Assembly (NCBI GenBank): GCA_964640945.1
Contig: CAZXIV010000003.1
Location: 28,083-92,082, forward strand
Direction: 5' to 3'
Source: an uncultured Candidatus Peribacteria bacterium
GTDB taxonomy: Bacteria; Patescibacteriota; Gracilibacteria; Peribacterales; Peribacteraceae
DNA: 64,000 nt
This document shows, in pieces, positions 17,774 through 26,595 of this stretch. The notes beneath the pieces were generated by a model. The model was not told the DNA's origin. It did not search any database and saw only the letters and a list, made by a program, of their open reading frames with translations. A program made the position numbers and the translations under genes. Numbering within the stretch: the stretch's first letter is position 1; every line of letters starts with the position of its first letter.

Positions 17774-18292
17774 TCACCACCAAACGTCCTTGAGTCCGGC
17801 CAAATAAGCAGCAATGTTCACGAGCACGTGCAGGAGCGGCGTAATGATTAAGGCCACGCCGGCCGTCTTCCAGCTCACGACACCGAGCGGCAACATGACG
17901 AGGGAGGCGCCCAGGATGAAGTCGATCTGATCCCAAGGCACGAAGGGTTGCCCGGCGGGCACGCCAACCGCGCGCTTGATGGCCGACTTGAGCATATCGC
18001 CCACCATGGCCGCCAAGCCGACAAGTGCGCCCGTGCCCACCGAGACGAAGAAGGATTGGGCACCGAACCAGCTCGTGCCCAGCCACCAGAACAGCGTGGC
18101 GGTGGTGGCGCCGGCGAGGATGCCCACCGCCAAACCTCGGTAGGTCTTGTGGGTGCCGAGCCGGGCGGGCCAGATGGGCCGGGCGCCGGGCAACCCGAGC
18201 CACTTGGCCGGAGGCGGGGCCATGTTTGCCATGTATGCCGGGCCATAGGCCAGGATGGCCGCGCCGAGGAAGGTTAAGAGGGAAGACTCCAT
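17774..18292 (-). CDS. CDP-archaeol synthase-like protein (CarS / DUF46 family)
   Basis: LGTHKTYRGL, MVGDMLKSAIKRAVG, PWDQIDFILG and C-terminal IITPLLHVLVNIAAYLAGLKDVWW align block for block with archaeal CarS as recalled from memory (LGDGKTWRGF, GD..GSFIKRR.G, DQL.F, IITPLLHM.INYIAY...KEVPW). Confidence 0.85.
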   Translation of the reverse strand: MESSLLTFLGAAILAYGPAYMANMAPPPAKWLGLPGARPIWPARLGTHKTYRGLAVGILAGATTATLFWWLGTSWFGAQSFFVSVGTGALVGLAAMVGDMLKSAIKRAVGVPAGQPFVPWDQIDFILGASLVMLPLGVVSWKTAGVALIITPLLHVLVNIAAYLAGLKDVWW

Positions 18293-18897
18293 CCGAGCAG
18301 GAAGAAGTAAGCCAGCATCACGCCGCCATGGTAGATGCCGGCGATCTGAAAGAAGAGATCGAAATGACCGAGTGAGATGGCACTAAACTGTAACAGTCCA
18401 ACCACCAGAAACATTAAGTAGCGACTGCGGATGACCGGAATGGAAGGCGGCGTACCGCGGATGTTGAGGATGAGTAGGTGCACCACCAGCAGCAAGTAGC
18501 TGGTGGCGTACATCAGGATCCAGAAGGCGCTGCCGATGCCGTACCACTGCAGCGTTAAGACGGTGATAATGAGCGCCAGGTGGTCCACCACCACGTCCAC
18601 GTACGCACCACGCACCGAGGTTTGTCCGAGCTTGCGCGCCAGCGCGCCGTCGGTGCCATCGAAGAACATGTGCAACCCGAAGGCCGCCACCACAAACCAC
18701 GGCGAGGCGCTGAAGCCAAAGGGCAGCAGGAACATGGAGAGCAGACTTAAGAGCGAAAGGGTGAACGGGGTAATGCCCAGCCATTCGCAGAGCGTAAGGA
18801 AGGGGCCAAAGAGCGTGCCGCGCACGCGCTGGAACCAGCGCTGGTAGGGCGCTTCTTGCTCCGAATAGATGTTGTAGGCGCGGATGTCATTGGCCAT
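18274..18897 (-). CDS. CDP-alcohol phosphatidyltransferase family protein
   Basis: Signature DGTDGALARKLGQTSVRGAYVDVVVDH, i.e. D-G-x2-A-R-x8-G-x3-D-x3-D. Polytopic membrane protein. Start was moved to the ATG at 18897 (MANDIRAY). Confidence 0.85.
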   Translation of the reverse strand: MANDIRAYNIYSEQEAPYQRWFQRVRGTLFGPFLTLCEWLGITPFTLSLLSLLSMFLLPFGFSASPWFVVAAFGLHMFFDGTDGALARKLGQTSVRGAYVDVVVDHLALIITVLTLQWYGIGSAFWILMYATSYLLLVVHLLILNIRGTPPSIPVIRSRYLMFLVVGLLQFSAISLGHFDLFFQIAGIYHGGVMLAYFFLLGWSLPS

Positions 18898-19067
18898 ACA
18901 AGGCAAGTGTAGCACTCCTGGCCGGCGGGGAGGCTGGGAAAAGCCGCCACCAACAAGGCTCCGGCCACGCGGTGCGATCGGAGAACTTAGGCCCCATACT
19001 TCCATCTGCACTTGAGGCGCACTCGCCCGTCAGCCGCGGACGCGGCGGGGGCACACCAAGCGCGGCA

Positions 19068-19094
19068 CAACAAAAACGCCGCAGCCTTGCGGCG
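19068..19094 (-). terminator. Rho-independent terminator downstream of the Lys-rich micro-ORF
   Basis: Hairpin CGCCGCA-GCCT-TGCGGCG at 19077-19094. On the minus strand it is followed by TTTTTGTTG. Confidence 0.55.
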
Positions 19095-19122
19095 ACGGCG
19101 TTCTCGTAAGGCGTGAAGACGC

Positions 19123-19200
19123 TTACTTCTTCTTCGACTTCTTCTTCTTGGTGGCCTTCTTCTTTGTGGCCTTTTTCTTCGTAGCCTTCTTCTTAACCAT
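19123..19200 (-). CDS. Possible 25-aa lysine-rich peptide (MVKKKATKKKATKKKATKKKKSKKK)
   Basis: ATG...TAA micro-ORF built of KKKAT repeats, immediately followed by a good intrinsic terminator. No Shine-Dalgarno sequence is visible, so the call is tentative. Confidence 0.35.
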   Translation of the reverse strand: MVKKKATKKKATKKKATKKKKSKKK

Positions 19201-19277
19201 AGGAGGGAGGGAAGGAATTGATAAAGCGGTTTTTATTGTAGGAGATGCAGCGCTCCTGTGAATTGAATCATGCGGCG

Positions 19278-19347
19278 CAGTTTTAAAACTGTGATACCAT
19301 GAATGATCGAATTTGTACTGCTGTAGCAGTACATCAGTACGATCATT
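19278..19347. repeat. Cluster of perfect palindromes / nested inverted repeats in an intergenic region
   Basis: CAGTTTTAAAACTG at 19278-19291. Nested structure AATGATCG...GTACTGC-tgta-GCAGTAC...CGATCATT at 19302-19347. Confidence 0.6.
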
Positions 19348-19364
19348 TCTGGACGTCGACCGAG

Positions 19365-20810
19365 TTAGAAGAGGCGGATGCTAAAGCTCGCGCGCGAGAC
19401 GGCAGCGGGATCTTGGCCTACCCAAACCGTGTATGAGCCTTTGGGGTAAAGGTACGCCTCGTTGCAGGTAGGACCAGAGAAGCTCGCGAGCTCCACGTCG
19501 TCACCGGGGAAGATAAGGCACTGCAGGGATTTTTCGGAAATGAGTTCGAGTGTTATTAATTGTGATTCCGTGGCGTTGAATTTGTAGTACTGACCGTAAT
19601 CCGTGTCGGCGAATGAGCCGCGCATGACGGTGCCGCCGAACTTCAGGAGCTTCGCTTCCGAGAAGCCGTCGTTGCCGTCGCTCTTTGCATCGGCGGCCGT
19701 GACGGTAAAGCTGGTGGCGGTCTGTGAGCCGACCTCGAGTTGATAATCGCCAGCGGCGATCGTCACCTTGAGCAGGCAGCTGCCGGCGGAGATGGTGCCG
19801 AAGTAGTACTCGTTGGAGATGCCGTCGCTGCGCAAGCGGAAGAGTCGGCAGGTGGGCGTCTCAATCGCACTCTTACCCTTCTTCACAGTCAGCGAGACGG
19901 TCTTGGTGGCGTCGATTGTAAAGCGGTAGAGCGCGGAGGCGCGCCGCGTCGACTCGCCTTCCTTGGTAAAGGGCACGACCACCGTGCTAATGGAGGGCGC
20001 GCCGGGTGTGGCAGAAGCGGACGAGGAGGACGAGGTCGAAGAGGCCACGGACGACGAGGATGCAGCGCTGCTCACGCTCGATGACTCGCTGGCGGCGCTG
20101 GATGATGAGGAGGAGGAAGAAGAAGATGACGTCGACGTCGGCAGGCGCTGGAGCGACTGGAGCGTGGCCCAAAGGAGAAGCGCCGCATCACCACGTGTGA
20201 GCGACCACTCGGAATGGAAGGCAGTGGCCGACTCTTGGCCGGTGAGCGGGAGCACGCCACGCTCGAGTAAGTGGGCGATGTAGGGCGCATCCCAGCGGTC
20301 GAGGGGGATATCGGTATAAAGGCCGACGGCGAGGTGATCGGGGGCCGCCAGGCCGAAGGCGACAGAGAGCATTTTTACGGCTTCGCCACGCGTAACTTCC
20401 TTGGCCGGCTTAAACGAAGAATCGTCGTAGCCGCGGACGATGCCGCGCGACTTGGCGGTGCAGACCGCTCCCTCAAACCAGGCGCCGGCGGGGACGTCGG
20501 TAAAGCAGAGGCGATCGGCCGGATCGGCCTCGAGGCCGGCGGCGCGGAAGAGCAACTGTAAGAACTCGGCGCGGTTCACGGGCTTACGCGGACCATAGGT
20601 GCCGTCCGGATAGCCGTTGACGATGCGCTGGAAGGTAAGACCCTCGACGGCTCCTTGGTAGAGGCTGCCATCAGGCACATCCGTGAAGAGCGCAGCTTGG
20701 GTCGGTAGGACCAAGCTTATAGAGAGCAAGCTGCCAGCAAGGCAGCGACCGACGGTGCGGAGGGAGGGTGTCATCCCCGCTAGACTATCTTGAACATTTT
20801 TGTTGTTCAA
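19365..20810 (-). CDS. Secreted SLH-domain protein with poly-Ser linker and C-terminal beta-rich domain
   Basis: Signal peptide, then three SLH repeats (FTDVPDGSLYQGAVEGL...VNGYPDGTYGPRKPVNRAEF; FTDVPAGAWFEGAV...). A run of about 45 Ser/Ala residues follows, then a beta-rich C-terminal region. Confidence 0.8.
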   Translation of the reverse strand: MNNKNVQDSLAGMTPSLRTVGRCLAGSLLSISLVLPTQAALFTDVPDGSLYQGAVEGLTFQRIVNGYPDGTYGPRKPVNRAEFLQLLFRAAGLEADPADRLCFTDVPAGAWFEGAVCTAKSRGIVRGYDDSSFKPAKEVTRGEAVKMLSVAFGLAAPDHLAVGLYTDIPLDRWDAPYIAHLLERGVLPLTGQESATAFHSEWSLTRGDAALLLWATLQSLQRLPTSTSSSSSSSSSSSAASESSSVSSAASSSSVASSTSSSSSASATPGAPSISTVVVPFTKEGESTRRASALYRFTIDATKTVSLTVKKGKSAIETPTCRLFRLRSDGISNEYYFGTISAGSCLLKVTIAAGDYQLEVGSQTATSFTVTAADAKSDGNDGFSEAKLLKFGGTVMRGSFADTDYGQYYKFNATESQLITLELISEKSLQCLIFPGDDVELASFSGPTCNEAYLYPKGSYTVWVGQDPAAVSRASFSIRLF

Positions 20811-20851
20811 TCGAGCGAGGTCGACACCGCCGAGAGCTCATGCTCTGGCGC

Positions 20852-21439
20852 TCATTTCATGGTGTCGAGCAGGCGCCGCAAACCGCGCATCATGATGTCG
20901 GTCTCGACGTTCACGCCGTCACCGGGCTTGAGCGTCCCGAGACTCGTCACTTCCAAGGTGTGCGGGATAAGAGCGATGGTGCAGCGATCCCCTTCTACAG
21001 CCGCGACGGTCAGCGAGACGCCATCGATGGCGATAGAGCCTTTCGGCACCACGGCCGCGACGAGCTCGGACGGAATCTTAATGATGAGCTTCCAGCCCTG
21101 TTCAGAGCCAAAATCTTGATTGTCGATCACCTGGCCGACACCTTCTACATGACCCTGAACGACGTGGCCTTCGAAGCGGGCACCGGCTTGCATCGAGCGC
21201 TCAAGGTTCACTTTTGACCCCTTCTCCAGGCGGCCGAGCGTGGTGCGGGCGAAGGTCTCGGGCACCACGTCGAAACCGATGGAATCCGACGTGAGACGGA
21301 CCGCAGACAGGCACGCCCCCGCGGTGCAGATACTGGCCCCAATCGCGATTTCGGTAAACGCCGCCGGTCTCTCTATAAGGAGGGAGTGATCGGTGCGCTC
21401 GAGAACGGTAGCGGCGGTTTCGATGATTCCGGTGAACAT
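20852..21439 (-). CDS. ribE: Riboflavin synthase (alpha chain)
   Basis: Canonical MFTGIIE start and two lumazine-binding repeats (GASICTAGACLSAV; GSIAIDGVSLTV). 195 aa. Confidence 0.9.
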   Translation of the reverse strand: MFTGIIETAATVLERTDHSLLIERPAAFTEIAIGASICTAGACLSAVRLTSDSIGFDVVPETFARTTLGRLEKGSKVNLERSMQAGARFEGHVVQGHVEGVGQVIDNQDFGSEQGWKLIIKIPSELVAAVVPKGSIAIDGVSLTVAAVEGDRCTIALIPHTLEVTSLGTLKPGDGVNVETDIMMRGLRRLLDTMK

Positions 21440-21478
21440 AGGGGCCTACCATAGCCTCTTTATTGTGGAATATGATTA

Positions 21479-21506
21479 TTGACATAAAACTATAATTATG
21501 TATAAA
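21479..21506 (+). promoter_or_regulatory. Near-consensus sigma70-type promoter upstream of the giant ORF
   Basis: TTGACA at 21479-21484, a 16-nt spacer and TATAAA at 21501-21506, inside an AT-rich gap in otherwise GC-rich DNA. Confidence 0.4.
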
Positions 21507-21515
21507 TACGCAGTT

Positions 21516-24500
21516 ATGTCAGAAGATCTGCGTGAAACAGATGGTTCTGAAGTGGTCGCCAGTGACCTAGATTTTTCGGTGCCGGGAGATTGCCACACCT
21601 TGGACCGAGAAGTGGTTCAGCAAGTGCTCATCGGCGTTGCTCGACGAATCGCGAGCGCACACAATGACGCCGTCGGTCTGATGTATGCTTTCGTGGCTAA
21701 CAATATCCATTCGAGTTTGGGACCAGCGAAACCGTTCCAGAGCATGAATGAAGTGGTGATGACCCTTGAGGAGGATATCCGCCTGAGTGAAGAGAGCGCA
21801 CGAGATCCGGCCTACGTCACGGCCTACCGCGACGTCGTACGCCAGTCGATCCGCATCCTTCGTGAACAGAGTGGATTGCCGGCGGAGGTGCCAGCATCTC
21901 GTCTGACTGGCGTACAGGAAATTCGTGCTGGAGTCACAGAGGTCCTCACAACAAAACCTCGATTGATCACTCTCAACGAACTGACGCAGCTGATGAAAAC
22001 CGCTGCCAGCCGCCTAGCGGATACGCGAGTTGGAGAAGCAAAACAGCCATTCGAACATTTCATAAATCATCTTAAAATTAATCCCAGAATGGAAGGCAGT
22101 ACCTTGTGTTCATACGCTGAGGTCCATCAACATACAGACGACTCCATGCGGGCTTTTCGCGGTCAACTGGCAAACGCGAGAAAAGGCAATTCAGAACGGC
22201 AACGAGATTCTGATGCCCTCTATGAAGCGGCCTATGAAGAGATCGTTAAAGAAGCGCTTGTTGTCTTGCGGCAAGAATACGACATGCCAGAGCATTTTAT
22301 AGAGAACGCCACGGTCACCGGACAACAAACCAACAATTCGACGATTACTTCTCCTGAAGCCAGAAAAATCCTGACGAGCGCTATTGTCACCAATGCGTTA
22401 ACCGCGCTCTCGACACGGGTCCTCAACATGGAGATAGGGATGTCGCTCCCCCCTCCGGCCACCTTCCGCACCAGTCGCCAGCTTCTCGACTACCTCGCCG
22501 TGGCGCGCCAAACGTTCGCGGGCGTGGCCACGATGCGCGGTGGAGCATGCCTCTCGAACCTCACACTTGCTATCGATGACCTAACGAAGAAGCTCTGCGC
22601 GAACTACGCGCTGCTGATGAACAGTCCCCCCGATTTGCCGCCGATGCAGACCGGTCCGGACGGACGACCCGTGGCGGTGCCACTGGGCGGTGGAACAACG
22701 ATGCAGATGGTGTCTGCTCCTCCGGGCGGCACGTCTACACCAGGCATCAATACCGTCGCGATTCCGAAAAGTCCGATCCTAACGAAGGAGTTATGGACGA
22801 AAATCTACACTACATATGCTACAGAACATTTCATGATGAAGGCCCTCTTCCATCGTGATTACCGGCAAGACGTAAGTAAGATGATCACAGCCTGGCACAA
22901 GGTTTCCAAAACGGCCAAAGACAGTCTGAAATTCCCAGTCACTCACTGGGGCATTATGGAACAAACGTGGGGTCTCTGGGAAGGCGCTTACGTCTTGCAT
23001 GACAGCGTGACTGATCCCGTCTCTCGAAAATTCCTCGCAGAAGAAGTCCAGCGACGCAAAAGGAATTTGGAGCGCTTTTTTTACAGTGTCAGCGAGGCAT
23101 GCACACTTCAAGGGAAGCCGCACCTTTCGTTGCCTCCGGAAAAACCCGAAGTCATCCGCAGCACAATGCTGTTGCCGGAGACAGTCCTTTCCTACAGTCT
23201 GCAGGGCCAGGACCGCGAAATGCCGCCGGAACCCCTCCTAGCGTGGGTCGGCCGGCAGCCAATCATCCAGAATCGCGCTGAATATGAGGCATTCCGGGAC
23301 GCCTTGTCGTCCCAGGTGACAAAGATGGATATCGGGCAGTACGGTCTGACCTATGTGCCCGAGGTATTCGACGAGCAATTGCAGCAATACTTCAACCTGC
23401 CGGAAGCAGCCGAAGCTAGCATGAGCCGGGTACTGACAAAAGAGAAATTTGAAAGTTTGCTCAAGAAATATGGGCAGAACTTATTAATATTCAAAGCAGA
23501 CTTTGGCCCGGCACGGGCGTGCACTAGCGAGATTATTGCCCAGTGGAATAGCAATTGGGATGCCACTATGGCGGGAACGAATTTTCCCCTGACCACGTGG
23601 GAACAAGTCGACGCCTACTGGCGAGTAAGCAATGCCGACGTTGCAATACCGGATAACATCACTCACCCCCTCGAGCGCGCCGCCGTTCGTGAAATGATCG
23701 CTCGGAATCGGAATTGGCAACATCATTTCTACCGACTCCTCAAGGCAGAGTGCGATCTAGACGGAGAGCCAACGCTCTACGATCCCACACTGGATCCAGG
23801 CACCGTTCGCGGCACAGTTCTGTTCCCCGAGACTGCCCTGGCCTACTACTTTGACGGCCAGGGCCAGCCTCAAAATATCGAAGATTTTGCCACCTGGGCA
23901 AGCTCATGGCCCATGATCACCTGCATGAACCAACTGGAAGCGTTCCTACAATCTCTCACTCTATCGAGCCGAAATAAGCAGGCGGCGGCGGAATGTGAGA
24001 AAAAAGTGCTGGACATGGCAAGGACACACTTCGATTTGCCGCCGATGAGCCAAGTCGCATTCACGTCCCGCTTTGCGGAAATGGTCATCCAACTAAGCAG
24101 GGCGAAAGCACCACCAGGAACGAGAAGCGTTTGGGACTGGTTCATCGACCGGGCGACCACCCTGAGGAACGAGGAGGCGGCAAATCTCACGCCGATTGCA
24201 GATTTGGCGCTGCAGTTGTGGCTCTCTATCCAAATGCTCGGCGAGCACGCCATCCATATGGCGCGACTCAGTTTCCCACTCTATCAGCAAGATGAGAAAA
24301 TGACGGAATTACTCCCCGCCGTCCGAGAGATCTGGAACACGGTCGGCGTCGCCTCGCGGGATCCTATCGGCAGCAAGATCGGCCGCGATCTCTGGCTCGA
24401 CGCCCGCTTCCGCCCCATCGTACCGCCGGCAATTATTCATAATGATGGAAAAAACTGGCCGATCATTACGTCGTTTGTCGAGGCCTGGGAGGCGCTCCTT

Positions 24501-26588
24501 TCGGACATCCAAGGCTCAACGCCGCTGCGGGAGGGGACGATCATAGCGGCGCTCAACCGATACACCCTCAGTCTTGAGAGACAGCTGGCCGAGACGGCGC
24601 CTGAAGCGCAGCCGCACCTGGCGATGTGGATCTACGATACGAAGGAGATACTCGCACAGAGCCTCCCCAAAAACTGCGCCGCCGAACAGTGGTTGCAAGC
24701 GGCTAAGAAAATCCGTGACTTCACCGCTGCCGGGGAGAAACCGCCGGCCGTCATCATGGATAACGACGTGCTCCGGACGCTCTTCATGGAATGGAAGCAC
24801 CACACCTTCACTCCGGAAGAACGCAGCCCGGGGGTGATAAGTAATGATCTGCTCTCCAGATTGAGCTACCACTACGCCCACCTCCTCAAGACCGGCACGC
24901 TGCAATCCGTCATAAAAGACACGTTGCGGGACGCTATCAATGCCGCCGGGGCCAGCCTGAGAGAGGAGTTGATCTCTTGGCAGGCGACATTTCGAGCTGA
25001 GGGAGAGCTCAGCGTCACCTCGCCGCCAGACGCCGCCGAAGTCACACGCCTTCTGGACGGCTTGGACCGGGCCCTGCCCTCCGCGAAGCAAGCCTGCCTC
25101 CTCTTGCTTGAGCGCCACCTCACGCCGCTCGACCGCCTGCCGAAGAGCGAGCGCCTGACGGCGACGCTTGTGCGAGAAGGCGCTTGGCTCCCGGGCAAGG
25201 TCCTCGTTCGAGCCGCCTGCCCGAGTTTGAATATGATCGAGAAGCTGACGCGCCAAGTAGCCCAGGAAGTCAGCGTCGATCAGAAGGCCCAATTGGATGT
25301 CTTGAATAAAGCCATCCGCGCGCCTTTTAAGTTGGTCTATGACCACATCCTCAACGAACCTATCGATTCGATTGAGGAAACGGAACGATTCTTCCGGTAT
25401 GTCGGCGGCATCCTTGATCATCTCCAGAAGCCCACGCCGCCGGACGCCAGCATCCGCCAAGCCATCGCCCGAAAGCTGGAAGCGCACTTCCGCGAGTGGA
25501 TCACCTCATGTCCCGAGCTGCGCGGCATCTGGAAGCTGCCCGCCCCAACCGAACCACGTGACACGAGCACCGCGGATGATCCTTTACAGAGCGATGCAGA
25601 CGTCGGGCCGAGCGCAGATAACGCCCCTCTCACCGGCGCGGACAGCGCCAGCGGTCTGACGGAGGCGCCGCTCGACACGCGACCAGCCCGACCCGAGACC
25701 AAACCCTCCCCTGTCTTCGCCGACGACATCGATTTCGCCCAGGCGCTGATTGAGCTCGACACGGCCGGGCAGGACGCGCCCCGACTGATCGCCGCCGCCC
25801 TCCAAGAACTCGCTACGATCCACGACCGGCCGAACGGCGAGCTGGCCGACTTGGTCCGGAGCTGCCTTGCCACGACTCCTAGCCGTTCGTACGCCGTCCT
25901 CGGCTCGCGCCTGTGGCTGATGCTCAAGAGCCAGCGCAAGCGCCCGGGCTTCCTCGCCACAGCGCGGGAGTTGGCGAACATCCCGCACGCCAGCGATTTC
26001 CTGGCGCTGATTGAGCTCTACCGCCCACCGGCCCAGACGCCGGCCGCGGCCGAGGTCCCGACTGCGGACGAACCGGCAGTCGAGAGTGTGGTGGAAGCGC
26101 CGGCCGCAGACAGCCCGCGCGACGAGCTGAAAGAAGAAGTAGCAGACACACCGACCGAACCTGAGCCCGAGGCCATCGTCGTGCCGACTGTGCCCGTCGC
26201 CACGCCGACCCGCCCGCCGGCCGACAGAGAGAGCGCGCCGCGGAGCGAGCATCCGACGCCACGAATGGCCCCACCGACCGATCCCGACCCCGAAAAAGAG
26301 CCGGTCGCCCGCCCGGCGGCGTCTCTCCCTCGCGGACCGGACGCACCACCTTTAAAGAAACGGGCGAGCACCGAATTGAAGGAGAAATTAAAGAAACTGG
26401 GCTTCTCAGCCGAGAATATGTCTTTCGAGAGTCGTGTCACACTGGCAACCATCCGCACGGAGATGGCCCACCTAGATGAGGCGCGTGAGACCGAAACCGA
26501 CCCGGAAACGATTGAGGCGATCGACAATCTTAAGTTGAATACACTGCTCGCTCTCAAGGCAATTCTCGTCAATCTTCGACATTCATAA
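21516..26588 (+). CDS. Giant orphan protein (about 1690 aa) with internal tandem duplication and Pro/Ala/Glu-rich C-terminal regions
   Basis: Uninterrupted ORF with no motif I can assign. The start is preferred at ATG 21516 (MSEDLRE) because the tracked ATG at 21498 lies inside the predicted -10/spacer. Confidence 0.8.
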   Translation: MSEDLRETDGSEVVASDLDFSVPGDCHTLDREVVQQVLIGVARRIASAHNDAVGLMYAFVANNIHSSLGPAKPFQSMNEVVMTLEEDIRLSEESARDPAYVTAYRDVVRQSIRILREQSGLPAEVPASRLTGVQEIRAGVTEVLTTKPRLITLNELTQLMKTAASRLADTRVGEAKQPFEHFINHLKINPRMEGSTLCSYAEVHQHTDDSMRAFRGQLANARKGNSERQRDSDALYEAAYEEIVKEALVVLRQEYDMPEHFIENATVTGQQTNNSTITSPEARKILTSAIVTNALTALSTRVLNMEIGMSLPPPATFRTSRQLLDYLAVARQTFAGVATMRGGACLSNLTLAIDDLTKKLCANYALLMNSPPDLPPMQTGPDGRPVAVPLGGGTTMQMVSAPPGGTSTPGINTVAIPKSPILTKELWTKIYTTYATEHFMMKALFHRDYRQDVSKMITAWHKVSKTAKDSLKFPVTHWGIMEQTWGLWEGAYVLHDSVTDPVSRKFLAEEVQRRKRNLERFFYSVSEACTLQGKPHLSLPPEKPEVIRSTMLLPETVLSYSLQGQDREMPPEPLLAWVGRQPIIQNRAEYEAFRDALSSQVTKMDIGQYGLTYVPEVFDEQLQQYFNLPEAAEASMSRVLTKEKFESLLKKYGQNLLIFKADFGPARACTSEIIAQWNSNWDATMAGTNFPLTTWEQVDAYWRVSNADVAIPDNITHPLERAAVREMIARNRNWQHHFYRLLKAECDLDGEPTLYDPTLDPGTVRGTVLFPETALAYYFDGQGQPQNIEDFATWASSWPMITCMNQLEAFLQSLTLSSRNKQAAAECEKKVLDMARTHFDLPPMSQVAFTSRFAEMVIQLSRAKAPPGTRSVWDWFIDRATTLRNEEAANLTPIADLALQLWLSIQMLGEHAIHMARLSFPLYQQDEKMTELLPAVREIWNTVGVASRDPIGSKIGRDLWLDARFRPIVPPAIIHNDGKNWPIITSFVEAWEALLSDIQGSTPLREGTIIAALNRYTLSLERQLAETAPEAQPHLAMWIYDTKEILAQSLPKNCAAEQWLQAAKKIRDFTAAGEKPPAVIMDNDVLRTLFMEWKHHTFTPEERSPGVISNDLLSRLSYHYAHLLKTGTLQSVIKDTLRDAINAAGASLREELISWQATFRAEGELSVTSPPDAAEVTRLLDGLDRALPSAKQACLLLLERHLTPLDRLPKSERLTATLVREGAWLPGKVLVRAACPSLNMIEKLTRQVAQEVSVDQKAQLDVLNKAIRAPFKLVYDHILNEPIDSIEETERFFRYVGGILDHLQKPTPPDASIRQAIARKLEAHFREWITSCPELRGIWKLPAPTEPRDTSTADDPLQSDADVGPSADNAPLTGADSASGLTEAPLDTRPARPETKPSPVFADDIDFAQALIELDTAGQDAPRLIAAALQELATIHDRPNGELADLVRSCLATTPSRSYAVLGSRLWLMLKSQRKRPGFLATARELANIPHASDFLALIELYRPPAQTPAAAEVPTADEPAVESVVEAPAADSPRDELKEEVADTPTEPEPEAIVVPTVPVATPTRPPADRESAPRSEHPTPRMAPPTDPDPEKEPVARPAASLPRGPDAPPLKKRASTELKEKLKKLGFSAENMSFESRVTLATIRTEMAHLDEARETETDPETIEAIDNLKLNTLLALKAILVNLRHS
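22779..24044 (+). repeat. Intragenic tandem duplication: two diverged units of about 205 aa
   Basis: Unit A (22779-23405) and unit B (23433-24044) share an ordered series of blocks: LTKE(L/K), (K/N)FP(V/L)T(H/T)W, RN(L/W)..(F)FY, G(K/E)P, (L/V)L(L/F)PET(V/A)L(S/A)Y and YF(N/D)LP. Confidence 0.6.
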
Positions 26589-26595
26589 ATAGCCC

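Noticed and set aside
17616-18375. Several overlapping ORFs (17616-18203, 17875-18246, 17948-18277, 18025-18375) around the CarS-like gene.
   Set aside because: Only the 17774-18292 frame gives a protein with the CarS block pattern and sensible TM helices. The others are Arg/Pro/Gly-rich shadows.
19990-20150. GA-rich, GAG/GAC/GAA-repeat DNA (+ strand) that yields acidic antisense ORFs (19963-20283, 20006-20200).
   Set aside because: It is the reverse complement of the poly-Ser/Ala linker of the SLH protein gene. This is a low-complexity coding linker and not an independent repeat element or gene.
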